From contig JAIVFI010000034.1 of NCBI GenBank assembly GCA_025558095.1, positions 124,001-188,000 of the forward strand: 64,000 bases of DNA. Direction: 5' to 3'. A program made the position numbers and the translations under genes. Within the stretch, counting starts at the first letter, position 1. Each line of letters opens with the position of its first letter. Below are positions 48,761 to 59,786 of this stretch, piece by piece. Source of the stretch: Hyaloraphidium curvatum SAG 235-1 (taxonomy: Eukaryota; Fungi; Monoblepharomycota). A model generated the notes under the pieces. The model was not told the origin of the DNA, made no database searches, and saw nothing but the letters and a program-made list of their open reading frames with translations.

Positions 48761-49285
48761 ACCAGCCTACCGCGCGCTGAATGACGCGGTGCGGGCGGCG
48801 GGCACTGCCGGCTGCGCGGACTGCGGCGGGATTGTGAGGACATCCGCGGGAGCGTACGAGCTGCGGCAAGGAGGGTTGGTGCTTTTCCAGCCGAACACGT
48901 CGGTATGGCTGTTCGACGGGGGGATGAACTGCGCATGTCCCTGATCAATCATGGAAGTGCGGTGGATGTATCGCGCCATTAACGGTAGTGTCTAATTCTG
49001 AGCCTCATGTTCGATACTAGGGCCTTTTCACGACGTTGCCAGAGGACGTCGCCAGGAACGTTGCGGACTCTCGAGGGGCCTCCGCGGTGAAACACCTCAC
49101 TTGGCCACCACCCGCCACCACCATCACTCGTCAGGTGCCTCCCAGGCACTATCCCTCTCCATCTCCGTGCCACAAACCCCCGCTCTCTTCCCTCTGCTCC
49201 CACTCTTGCGCGCCCCGGAACTCCGGAGGCAGCCCTCCTCTGTCTCGAGACCACACGTTCCCGGCCCCGAAGTTCCCATCGCGAA

Positions 49286-51673
49286 ATGGCGGCCCAGCTG
49301 TCGCCCGAGTGCCGCACCGCCCTGGGCATCGACTTTGACCCCGAGGCGCTGTTGGCCAAGTAGTGGGTTTCGCGCCTTTGGCCAGCAGGACCCCTCTCAT
49401 CCTCACCCCGCACCTTTCGCGAAGCCGAGCGGAGAGGGACAAGCGCCTGCGCGCCGATGGCAACGATCAGTTCATCGACATTGCGGAGCACGGGGATTTC
49501 CTCAAGGACCCGTACACGGAGCGGAAGGAGCGCGCTCCCCTAGTGGGGAAAGATGGGGAGTCCAACGTCGCGGTGCTCGGCGGCGGCTTCGGAGGCATGT
49601 TGGCGGCGGTGGAGCTCAAGAAGAAGGGCGTGGACGACTTCCTCATCATCGAGAAGGCCGGGGACTTTGGCGGGACATGGTGGGTTCCCCGTCGGCCTCG
49701 CGCCGTACCTGCCACTGATCCTGGAGCGCTGTGATATCACAGGTACTGGAACAGGTCGGCTTTTTTTCGCTCGGGCGCAAAGGAGGGTGGGCATTGATGT
49801 CTCCGTCAGGTACCCCGGCGCAGCCTGCGACGTCGAGTCCTACATTTGTGGGTTGGTCATTCGCAAGCTGGACGGGTTCGGGCTCACCTGTGGCGTCAGA
49901 CCTCCCGCTGCTGGAGGAAACCAACTATGTCCCCATCGAGCGCTACACCCACGCTCCCGAAATCCTCGAGCACTGTGAGAACTTCGCTTGCTGTTCCAGG
50001 TCTTCCTGGGGGCTGACGCACCTCTGCGCAGGTGCACGAATCGGCCGCACATTCGACTTGTACCCCAAGGCCCTCTTCCAGACCGAGATCACCTCGCTCA
50101 AGTGGGACGGGCCCTCGTCGCGCTGGGTGCTCGAGACGGACCGCGGCGACCGGATCCGCGCCCGGTTCGTGGTGATGTCCGCAGGGCCGCTGCACAAGCC
50201 CAAGCTCGGAGGGATCGAGGGCATCGACGACTTCAAGGGAGCGTCGTTCCACACGAGCCGCTGGTTGGTTGCCCTCGATCAGGCGGGATCGATTACGTGC
50301 TGATGGGCACCTGCATGGCAGGGACTACGGGATTACGGGCGGCTCGTCCAAGGGGAACCTGGACAAGCTCGGAGACAAGGTCGTCGGCATAATCGGCACC
50401 GGTGCCACTGCCGTCCAGTGCATTCCGCATCTCGGTGCCTCGGCCAAGAAGCTTTACGTCTTCCAGCGCACCCCTTCGTCGGTCGACTACCGCGGGAACC
50501 GGCCCACCGACCCTGCCTGGGCGTCGAAGCTCGAGCCCGGTTGGCAGCGCCGCCGGATGGAGAACTTCGAGCGCCTTGTGAACGGTGTCGCGGAACCGCT
50601 TGATCTCGTCGATGACGGGTGGACCAAGCTCTTCTCGAGGGTGTTCCCCGGGGTCATTCGCCAGGCCAAGGAGGCGTCGGCCAAGTTCCCGGAGCTAAAG
50701 GGGCTCAAGCACGCGGACCTGCTGCAGCTCGCGGACTTTAAGCAGATGCAGGCGGTCAGGAAGCGCGTCGACGATCTGGTCAAGGACAAGGAGACGGCCG
50801 AGAAGCTGAAACCCTTCTACAACCAGTACGTAAAGGCAAGAGAGCTACTAGGCGACTGGCCTAACCACCGATCGCGTCAGATTCTGCAAGCGGCCCTGCT
50901 TCCACGACGAGTACCTGACAACCTTTAATCGCCCGAACGTCGTGCTGGTCGACACCAACGGCAAGGGCGTCGATAAGATTACGGCGGACGCGGTGTGGGC
51001 AAACGGAAAGGAGTACAAGGTGGACGTGCTGATCCACGCGACTGGGTTCGAGGTCGGCACAGACTACACGCGGCGGACGGGCTGCGAGATCTACGGGAGG
51101 GGTGGGAAGACACTGACGGAGAAGTGGAAGGGCGGGATGGAGAGCCTCTACGGCCTTGTCGTGAGTCCCGCCCCCTGACTTGCCCAGTGCTTCGCTCATC
51201 GCCACGCTTTGCAGACGCATGACTTTCCGAATCTCTTCTTTGTTCAGCAGGCTACGGTCGGTGCGGCCGTCAACTTCCCGCAGATCACGGGCGAGCAGGT
51301 GCGCTGGATCGTGCACGTGCTTTCCGAAGGCATCCGCCGCGGGGCGACCGAGATCGAGGTCTCACAAAAGGCCGAGGACGATTGGGTCGCGCACCACATC
51401 TCGGTCGCGACGATGCGGGAGTCGTTCTACAGGGAGTGCACGGTCGGTCCGCGCCGTCGGCCTCTGTATCGTACCGTCTCACATTTGCTCGCTTCCTAGC
51501 CGGGCTACTACAGTCTCGAGGGACAAGCCTACAAGCGCTCGCCCAAGAACCTCGGCTATGGACTTGGGATGCTTCGGTATGGGGAGATTCTGCGGGACTA
51601 CATCGCAGACGGGTCGATGAAGGGCATGGAGCTTCGCGGCGACGGCGGCGTCGCGATTCAGGCAAAACTGTAG
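49286..51673 (+). CDS. Baeyer-Villiger monooxygenase (cyclododecanone/PntE-like clade) with PTS1 (AKL); many introns and a 12-nt microexon
   Basis: GGGFGG, GGTW|YWNR|YPG, FKGASFHTSRWD (BVMO fingerprint), GTGATA, ATGF. Confidence 0.9.
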
Positions 51674-51842
51674 AAGAATTGTCGTATTGCACGTTCTGAG
51701 CTGTGGCCTTTTGGGTCTGTTATCGAAAGTGAAAGTGAAGCACTCCTTCTCTCTCTTTTTGCACGGACCGTGCCACCAGGGGAGTGCCGCGAATCAAAAA
51801 GCTCGCATCCCGTGCTCTGCGCCTTAGGGACTCCTCCCGACC

Positions 51843-53035
51843 ATGGGCAGCGTAGAGAATGATCACGATGTCGCGCTGAAAGAGGAGGTTTTGCTCCGCT
51901 ACGTCCGAGAAGTGTGCGATGTCGGCGTGGAGGACGCAGATGTCTCCCTCTCCGTGAGGCCGGAATAGCCGTCAGGATGAACGCAGACCTCTGAACGCGC
52001 GACTCTTCTACTTAGGACATTCGCTGGACGAGGATCGGCGACGGCACCGGCTTCCTCGGCCGCCTTCTTCGATGCCAGGGTTCCGTGACCCCGCCCGAGG
52101 CGGAACCCCAACCGTTTTCTTTCGTCGTCAAGCTTCCACCGCCCCCGGACTCGCCCATGGCATCCTTCGTCGCGACAAAACGTCTGTTTGAGACCGAGAC
52201 GGCGTTCTACCGCCTTGTCGGGGCGTGTCTCCCACCACAGTCGCGGCCCAGGCTCGCCAAGTTCCATTTCTCCCTGGAACCGGGGCGCGCACTCGCTCTT
52301 GAAGATCTGAGCGCTGGCACTGTCGCGCATGGACTCGACGAAGGCCTCACCTTTGAGGAATGTCGCGCCGCGCTTGCGGAGCTGGCCAAGGTCCACTCGC
52401 TGGACCTGGATTCCGCGAGGCGAGCGGAGCTGGAGCTCGCAAAGACTCTGGAGAAGCAAGGTGGTGCGCCTGGGGTGCTCCGGGGTGCTTTCGAGGAGGC
52501 TTTGCCCGGTATCCGCGATGTGCTCTCCCCCAGGATCTCGGACGGCGCAGCGTTGGCAAAGCTGGAAGCGGCGGGCGCCGCGCTCGACAACGTTTATCGG
52601 CAGCTGGAAGCGGATAGGAAGCAAAACCTTATGGCTGGGGACGTGTGGGCCGGCAACATTCTTTTCCGCACCGACGGGACTGATGCGGGTCAAGCCCGCG
52701 TGGCTGCCCTTCTAGACTTTCAGTTCGCCGGCTTCTCTAGCAGCGGACCCATTGAGGACGTCATCTTTCTTCTTGGCTCGTCGCTTGGAGCCGAGGATCG
52801 CCGAAGGAGGCGGCGTGAGCTCTTCGAAGGGTACGTCGCCCTGCGCACGGATCTCGCAACCGACCATCAGGGTAAGGAAAAGCTCCTGGAGGACTTGGAA
52901 AAGGCTCTGCTGCCGATTGGGATGGCTTTCGCCGTCAGCTTCGGCGCGGAGTTGATCGTCCGCGACGGGAAGTTACTGCCGCGGTTCGAGGCGTTGATCG
53001 AGGACTACATTTCAAATGCCAGCGAAGGGACATGA
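51843..53035 (+). CDS. EcKinase/APH-like phosphotransferase; 2 exons
   Basis: IGDGTGFLG, VVKLP, ETAFY, LEDL, LAKVH, AGDVWAGNILF, LLDFQF. Confidence 0.8.
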
Positions 53036-53351
53036 TTATTTCTCGTCTTTCGTTTAGCCTGCATGCTGTATCTTTTCCAATAGGTGTTTGGGAATGCCAG
53101 AAGAGTTCCTCCGCCACACCGACAAAGCTGAAGCCGCTCCGATTCTCGCGACGCGTGGATCTGGTTCCTCGCCTAAGCAAACATCACCATCCTTCTTCTT
53201 CTTCTTCTAGGCGGGGCCCCCTTTTGCTGCCTCTGGCACGATTTGGCCCTTGCCCACAAATGGCGCCATCAGAAGACTCGCGAGTGACCAGCGTCCCCCC
53301 GCCCGATCGCGGTGGGCGACCTAAACCCAACGTGAACGGCACTATTCCACG

Positions 53352-55037
53352 ATGGCGGCGGACCAATATCGGCCATCGCCCACGGACGATGATTGCTCAC
53401 TTGTTGAATCGCCTTCCGCGGGGGAACCCAGCGAGTTTGCTCCCCTCCTAGGCCCCGGCGCTGACTCCCGTGGCGTCGGCGCATGCCGCGCTCTCCTCCG
53501 CCTCGCCGGCTTCGCCGCGCCCATCTCCGCCGGGTACTCCCTGGCCTACGTCTCGCAGCTGACCACCACTTTCTTCGTGGGCCACCTTGGCGGCGCGCCG
53601 CTCGCCGCGGCCTGCCTCGCACTGGCCTTTGCCAACGCGACTTCGTTCGGCGTGCTGGTTGGGTTGGCGGCGCCCATGGACGTGCTCTGTGCACAGGCAT
53701 TTGCCGGAGCACCCGATCCGGAGGCGGTGGGGGAGGTGCTCCAGCTTGCTTTGGCGGTCGCTGCGGTGGCCATTGTGCCAATGGCCGCTCTTTGGTGGTC
53801 CGCCGGGCCATTGCTTGCCCTGTTGGGCCAGGACCCAGAGGTCGTGCAGCTGGCAGCCTCCTTCCTGAGGGCACTGCTCCCCGCACTGCCGGGCTTCGCC
53901 GCGTTCGAGTGCGTGAAGAGGTTCCTGCAGGCCCAGGGGATCGCGTCTGCCTACACCGCGGTTGTCGCGGCGACGACGGCTGCAGGAGTGCCGCTGACTT
54001 ACCTGCTGGTGCGTAGCTCCTACGGGCTTGGCTTTTTGGGCGCGCCGGTCGCGATCGCTGCCATGAACTGGGGGAACCTCGCCCTGATGCTCCTCTACAT
54101 CCGCTTCTTCGACGGAGCGAGGGGTTGGGGCGGCTTCTCATGGAAAGCACTGCGACTCGATGCATTGCGGACTTACTTGAAGCTCGCTGCGCCAGCGGTG
54201 CTCCAGGTTGCTGCCGAGTGGTGGACCTTCGAGGTGCTGGCCGTGATGGCGGGCCTGTTGGGAAGCGCACAGCTTGCCGCGCAAAGCGTGCTGGCTACCG
54301 CCACCTCGTTCGTCTTCATGTTTCCGCTCGGGACCGGAGTGGCCGCCACGACGCTGGTCGGCCAGGCGATCGGCGCCGGACGGCCGCGCGAGGCGGAACT
54401 CCTCGCAAAGTCCGGCCTCGCGCTCGGATTCCTCATCGGCCTTGCCATCCTGCTCCTTTTCTTGGTCGTCCGGAACCACCTGGGTCCCGCGTTCACCGAT
54501 GACCCCGCCGTGACCGATCGCGTTGCGCTTGCCCTGCCAATTGCCGCTGTATACTCGCTCGCCGATGCCGTCAATACCGTCGCCGCGGGCGTGCTGCGCG
54601 GGATTGCGCAGCCCGCGCATGCGGCATTTGCGTCCTTTGTCGGATGTTACCTTGTAGGCCTCCCGCTGGGCGCCTACCTCGCCTTCGGAAGGCCGGAACA
54701 CCGCCTGCGCGGCCTCTGGATCGGCGTGGCCTCCGGTGCCGCGCTGTCGGCCGTGTGGGGATTGTTCTTCGTTTTTAATGCCTCGTTCGACGAAGAGGTT
54801 ATGAAGGCGCGAGCGCGGCTCGGGACGAGGGTGCCATCCGAGTGCGAGGGCGAGGCGGCGGAACGGCGTGCGGTTCCGGTGCTGGTGCCGCGCCCGCAGG
54901 CTCCTCGCCTCCCGCGCGTGCACTCGGGCAGCCTGTCCAGCTTCACGTACGGCCGATCTCCAATAGCTCCGCCGGCTCTGGTGCTGCTCCATGGCGATCT
55001 CGGACTGGTCAGGGCCGATGCCCTCGGCGTGCCGTGA
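53352..55037 (+). CDS. MATE family efflux transporter; intronless
   Basis: FVGHLG, DVLCAQAFAG, KRFLQAQG, AEWWTFE, LAAQSVL, GVLRG, GLWIG. Confidence 0.92.
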   Translation: MAADQYRPSPTDDDCSLVESPSAGEPSEFAPLLGPGADSRGVGACRALLRLAGFAAPISAGYSLAYVSQLTTTFFVGHLGGAPLAAACLALAFANATSFGVLVGLAAPMDVLCAQAFAGAPDPEAVGEVLQLALAVAAVAIVPMAALWWSAGPLLALLGQDPEVVQLAASFLRALLPALPGFAAFECVKRFLQAQGIASAYTAVVAATTAAGVPLTYLLVRSSYGLGFLGAPVAIAAMNWGNLALMLLYIRFFDGARGWGGFSWKALRLDALRTYLKLAAPAVLQVAAEWWTFEVLAVMAGLLGSAQLAAQSVLATATSFVFMFPLGTGVAATTLVGQAIGAGRPREAELLAKSGLALGFLIGLAILLLFLVVRNHLGPAFTDDPAVTDRVALALPIAAVYSLADAVNTVAAGVLRGIAQPAHAAFASFVGCYLVGLPLGAYLAFGRPEHRLRGLWIGVASGAALSAVWGLFFVFNASFDEEVMKARARLGTRVPSECEGEAAERRAVPVLVPRPQAPRLPRVHSGSLSSFTYGRSPIAPPALVLLHGDLGLVRADALGVP

Positions 55038-55358
55038 GCCTTTACTTGTGCCGCAAAGTCCCACTAGATCCCAGGAGATGAAGCAATCCAATCGCTCCGC
55101 TACATCATAGTTAGATCCGCCCGTCCGGCTGGCGATCACCTCGAGAACTCTGGTGGGGGTCTCAACTTGGGTCTGATTTCCCTTGCCACGCAACAGGAGT
55201 GTGCTGATTCCGTCGTTTCTCCCCTCCTGCGGAAGCTCATCGCGACCCGAACGGCCGTCGGGTAGTTTTGCGGTCATCAGATCGCACTTGGGCCGCGACC
55301 GGACTCGGGGGAACGCTAGGGAGCGGGCAGCCGCCCGGGTTTGAGAGTGTCCGTCAAG

Positions 55359-57683
55359 ATGGCCTCCGACGGCGTCGGCGCGGCGTGGTGGGCCGCCCTC
55401 CCTTCCTGGACTTCGCCGTGGGCCGGCACCTGGCAGCCTTTCTCGACGGACTTTGTGTCGCGCCACAACCCCGTCGAAGCGGCAGGGCAGCCCGCGGCGC
55501 GGCTCCTTGCCCTGGCCGGGCTCTCCGCCGAGCAGTACCTCAAGAGGCTCCTCTGCGCCGCCGTTCTCTCGGAAGCCGTGTACCAGGCGGAGTTCGTCGG
55601 CGCCACGCGAGACGAACGGGGCATGACTGCGTGTCTGAACGCCCTGAACCGGGACTACCCCAGCTTCTTTGACGCCGAGCGATTCCAGCCCTCTCGCCGG
55701 CAGAGCTACATTATCGTCGAATTTCGCGAGTTCCTCTGCGTAGTATTCCGCGGCACGGTCGATGCGAACGACTGGGACGGCAACCTGGACCTGGAAACAG
55801 TGCGCTGCGCGGAGCTCAATCGCGCCGTGCACCGTGGTTTCCTTGAGAGCGCGCGGGACGTGGCTTTGCACGCGCTGAGGGCTGCTTCCCGCAACCTGGG
55901 GAAGCCGATCGTGTTTGCCGGCCACTCGCGCGGGGCGGCCGTGGCCGAGATTTGCGCCCGGCTGTACGCGGCAGAGTTCCCGCCCGCCGCAGGGGCCGAG
56001 GCCGGCCGACCCGCGAACTGGCTTTGGGGTCCGGCACCGCCGGCGCCCGTCTGCATCACCTTTGGGCAACCGCACGTCTTTTCCGCGGACGGCAATTTGG
56101 CGGACGAGAGCGTGCCTGTTTTCCGCTACGTCTTTTCTGATGACGTGGTGCCTGGCTTCCTCGACTCGTTCGGCTACACGTCCTCCGGCATCGTCTTGAA
56201 TCTGGTCGAAGAACCCGACCGCACCTCGGATTACGCGGTCTGCATCGGCCGAGGCACCTCGGGCGGCCCCCCCAACATCCCGGCGAGCTTCCAGGCCTTC
56301 ATCACTGACCTCGTGAGCACAGCCAGCGCGGTCAGCCCGAACCACAGGATGCGACGGTACCGTGCCAGCGTCCTCCGCGGTAACGGGGCGACTTCGGCGA
56401 TCCCCGGAGCCCCTGCGAGGACCGTCCGAGCGAGCGACATTGTACCGCCGGCCGCCACTGGAATCTTCGATCCGAACGACGCCCAGGTGTCGGTCGGGTT
56501 CTCCAATGCCCGTGTGGTGGTCGAGCTCCTGTTTCCGGGCGCCGAGAGGTTGCCCGCGCTGGATTTTACCCGCGCGGAGGCGCGCCTGACCGTTTTCGAC
56601 GCGGGCAGCGGGACCGCGCGGGAAGTGGACCTTGTGGCCTGGCCGCGCTACGGCTTGGACGCCGAAAAGGGCAAGCTAGTCATGACCGCCGACTTTCTCC
56701 TGCCCCCAAACACCATCCCAGAGGAAGCCGAGATGCAGCTCGTCCTATCGAGCAGCCTGCGATCCGACGAACTCCGCCGCCGCCTTTCTTTGGACCTGCG
56801 AAACGTCTGGCTAATGGGCCCCACTGGTGCCGGCAAGACCCAGCTCGCCGCATGCCTGAACGCGCTGGCCAAACATGGCCCTTTTGCCCAGGAGTTCCTG
56901 CAATGCCGAACCCGCCGGCGCGGAGTGACCCCGGCGGTGACGGGCGAGACCTTCCACGCCCGCGGTATCCGTTTCGTCGAGCTGCCGGGGATGCAGTTCG
57001 ACACAGAGACAGAGCGGCTGGCCCTGTTCGACCGGTTGGCAGAGGTGCCGCCCCACCTGGTCCTCGTCGTGTTCGACGGGCACGCGGGGATTGTTTCGAC
57101 GGGCGGCGACGGCGGGCGCGGGCTTCCCGCGCAGGTGGCGGCCCTGAGGACACAAATGCGGGGAATCGCGGACAAGGTGTCGGAATTGGCGGCGGCCGAG
57201 AGCAAGCGCGACGGCGCCGGGCCCGGGGACGGCCAGAAGCCGCAGCAGCTGGCCGACATTGGCGCGCAGATTGCATGGGTATTCACCAAGTGGGGCTTCG
57301 TGGACCCAGACGACCGTGCCGAGAAGGAGCGGGAGCTTCGCGCCGCGCTGGGCGCGACGGACGGGGAACGGAGCTTTTGCGTCAATGCAGGGTGCGACCG
57401 CAACACCTCCCGGATCGAGGGTGCCGTCGAACTGTTCGACTACATCCAGTCAGCCGTGCACCGCGCAAGCTCGGCAGGGCAGGCGGACGTGTTTCGTTTC
57501 TTCCGGCGGGCATGGTTCGCGGCGGGAGTATGGGTGCGGAGGAACGTGACTCCGCAGCACGTTGCGGCTGTCGGAGTTGCGGCTGCTGCGGTGGCAGTCG
57601 CGCCGCCCATGGGGACCATGACGGAGGTTGTGACGTTCGTGGTGCCGGCGCTCCTCCGGATATTCAGGATCCGGCTCGGATAG
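55359..57683 (+). CDS. Class-3 lipase fused to a P-loop GTPase-like domain, with a hydrophobic C-terminus; intronless
   Basis: FRGT, VHRGF, GHSRG, CITFGQP, DDVVP, NHRM (lipase); LMGPTGAGKT, FVELPG, VFTKW (G1/G3/G4-like). Confidence 0.82.
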   Translation: MASDGVGAAWWAALPSWTSPWAGTWQPFSTDFVSRHNPVEAAGQPAARLLALAGLSAEQYLKRLLCAAVLSEAVYQAEFVGATRDERGMTACLNALNRDYPSFFDAERFQPSRRQSYIIVEFREFLCVVFRGTVDANDWDGNLDLETVRCAELNRAVHRGFLESARDVALHALRAASRNLGKPIVFAGHSRGAAVAEICARLYAAEFPPAAGAEAGRPANWLWGPAPPAPVCITFGQPHVFSADGNLADESVPVFRYVFSDDVVPGFLDSFGYTSSGIVLNLVEEPDRTSDYAVCIGRGTSGGPPNIPASFQAFITDLVSTASAVSPNHRMRRYRASVLRGNGATSAIPGAPARTVRASDIVPPAATGIFDPNDAQVSVGFSNARVVVELLFPGAERLPALDFTRAEARLTVFDAGSGTAREVDLVAWPRYGLDAEKGKLVMTADFLLPPNTIPEEAEMQLVLSSSLRSDELRRRLSLDLRNVWLMGPTGAGKTQLAACLNALAKHGPFAQEFLQCRTRRRGVTPAVTGETFHARGIRFVELPGMQFDTETERLALFDRLAEVPPHLVLVVFDGHAGIVSTGGDGGRGLPAQVAALRTQMRGIADKVSELAAAESKRDGAGPGDGQKPQQLADIGAQIAWVFTKWGFVDPDDRAEKERELRAALGATDGERSFCVNAGCDRNTSRIEGAVELFDYIQSAVHRASSAGQADVFRFFRRAWFAAGVWVRRNVTPQHVAAVGVAAAAVAVAPPMGTMTEVVTFVVPALLRIFRIRLG

Positions 57684-57725
57684 CACAAAACCTCACGATA
57701 ACTGAACATCTACACGCACCGTTAT

Positions 57726-59534
57726 CTACATCATCATGCGCACGTCAAAGTCGTCGAAGTCCACCTCGCGCAGCATCCCGACAAACTCCTTCCCGTTGCC
57801 AGGATAGTGCGAAACCAGCTTCCCCGACGTCTGATTCTTATACCAGCCACCGCACTCCATCGCCCAAACGGTTCCCTCGAGCCCCTTGTAGATGCTGTCG
57901 CTGTAGGCCCGCACGGCAGACTCGAGCGGAGCGATCGATTTGATCCCCTTCACTTGACACATGGCGATGGCGCGGATGATGTAAGACACCATCGCCTCCT
58001 CGCACACGTTGATGGAGTTGAGTGCAACGGGGGCGGTCGGTCCGTAGACGGTGAAGAAGTTCGGCATGTGGGCGGCTGCAACGGCCCGGTATCCCTCGGG
58101 GACCGTTGCCCAATCGTCCTGCAGCACGTGACCGTCGCGGCCCTTGACGGTGTAGGTCGGCTTGTAGGTCACTTCGTACCCCGTCGCGAGGATGACAACG
58201 TCCGTGGGCCGCTCGACGCCCTCGGCATCGACGATTCCTGTCTCGGTGAACCTCGCGATGGGTGCACGAACGACCTCGGTCGTAGGTTTCTGCAAGCTTA
58301 ATAAATCGGATTAGCTGAACGAGCACGATACTGTGCAGTGGAAAGGCCCTCACGCGGCGAGGTAATTCTCGTGGGGAGTGATCCGGCGACACCCGAGTGG
58401 GTAACTCGGCGTCAGGAACTCGCGCAGTTTCGGGTCCGGCACCAGCGCATCCAGCATGAGCTTCGCCTGCGCCGTAGCAAACAGGCTCATCTGGCTGCCG
58501 CGCTTGTACACCTCGAAGGCGACCTCGGCGTTCGTCCAGGCGCCCTTGAAGAAATCGTAGAGATCCTTCTTGGTGAACGCGGCGCGCTCCTCGGCCGAGA
58601 AGGTCTTGTTGTCGAGCTTCCAGGGGTTCGGCTGCCCCAGCTGCGCGACGATCCACGTGCTCCGCCTCTGGTAGCACGTCAGTTTGGACGCCTGCGAATC
58701 CACGGTCCCAATGACACCTATCCCCGTGGAACCGTTGCCCACCACCGCGACGGCCTTGCCCGTCAGGTCCACGGAGCGGTCGTAGCGCGCCGTGTGCATG
58801 ATCTTCCCGCGGAACTTGTCCATGCCGGGGTAGTTCGGGATCCTCGGCGTGTTGAGGATGCCGATGCCGGAGATGAGGAAGTCGCACCGGTCCGTGCGGG
58901 TCTCGGTGCGGCCCGTGGTTGGGTCCGTCACGGCGATCTCAAGCTCCCACTTGCCCTCGTCCTCGAGCCACGTCGCGGACTTGACCGCGGCGTTATACGT
59001 CGCCGCCCCCGCCGGGAAGTACTTGGCGGCCAGGTAATCAAAATAACGCTCAATCTCGTCGGAATCCACGTATTCGGCGGACCAAGTCGGGTTGGGCTCC
59101 CAGCGCACGACGTAGCCCCGCGACGGGACGTCGCACCGGCATCCGGGGTACTTCTGGTGTTGCCACGTCCCCGCTGCCTTTCCGTCGCGCTCGTAGATGC
59201 GCAGGCTGAAGTTCTTGAGCCGCCACCGGGCCAGTGCAGAAGTATAGATGGCGGCCATCCCGGCACCGATGCAGACGATGTCGACGTGCCGCGGCTCCGC
59301 GCCCTCGGGGTACTTGAACGCCGGCGCGAGGTTGAAGACCTCCTCGTCCTCGGGCGTCGGCTCCGACAGGTCTTCCGCCGGGAAAACAGGGTCCAGGCAC
59401 GGCGTGCGGAACATCGGGTGGTCGCCGCCGACGTAGGGCTCCGCGGCGGGCGGCGGGGGCATCGTCTTGAGCTGCTCGGCAAAGGCCGCGAAATCCACCC
59501 CGGGAAACGCATCGGCCAGGTTTCCGATTGCCAT
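57726..59534 (-). CDS. Flavin-containing/Baeyer-Villiger monooxygenase; 2 exons (intron 58353-58297)
   Basis: IGAGMAA, GTWQHQKYPGCRCD, FRGKIMHTARYD, GNGSTG, ATGY. Confidence 0.9.
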
Positions 59535-59786
59535 CGTGGTACGGTAAGTGGGGACGCGGGCGATTTTGAGGCACCGACGGCGCGCTGGCGTGCCCGAAAG
59601 TCGCGGGAGACAACGGCGGGCGAGCTGACAGGTAGAGGCAACTGACGCAAATCGCGCGGCGTGCGGCACACCCACCTGCGAAGGCGCGATCTCGTGCAGA
59701 TCCTCTACCACTTCCGTACTGTATCCGCCGTAGATGATCGTGACAAGAAGCACCGAAGGAGTAGAAGGACGCAGAGGGCAAGGAGA

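Noticed and set aside
52630-52665. EcKinase as a pseudokinase (AGD instead of HGD)
   Set aside because: The catalytic Asp, Asn and DFQ motif are retained, so the single substitution is weak evidence.
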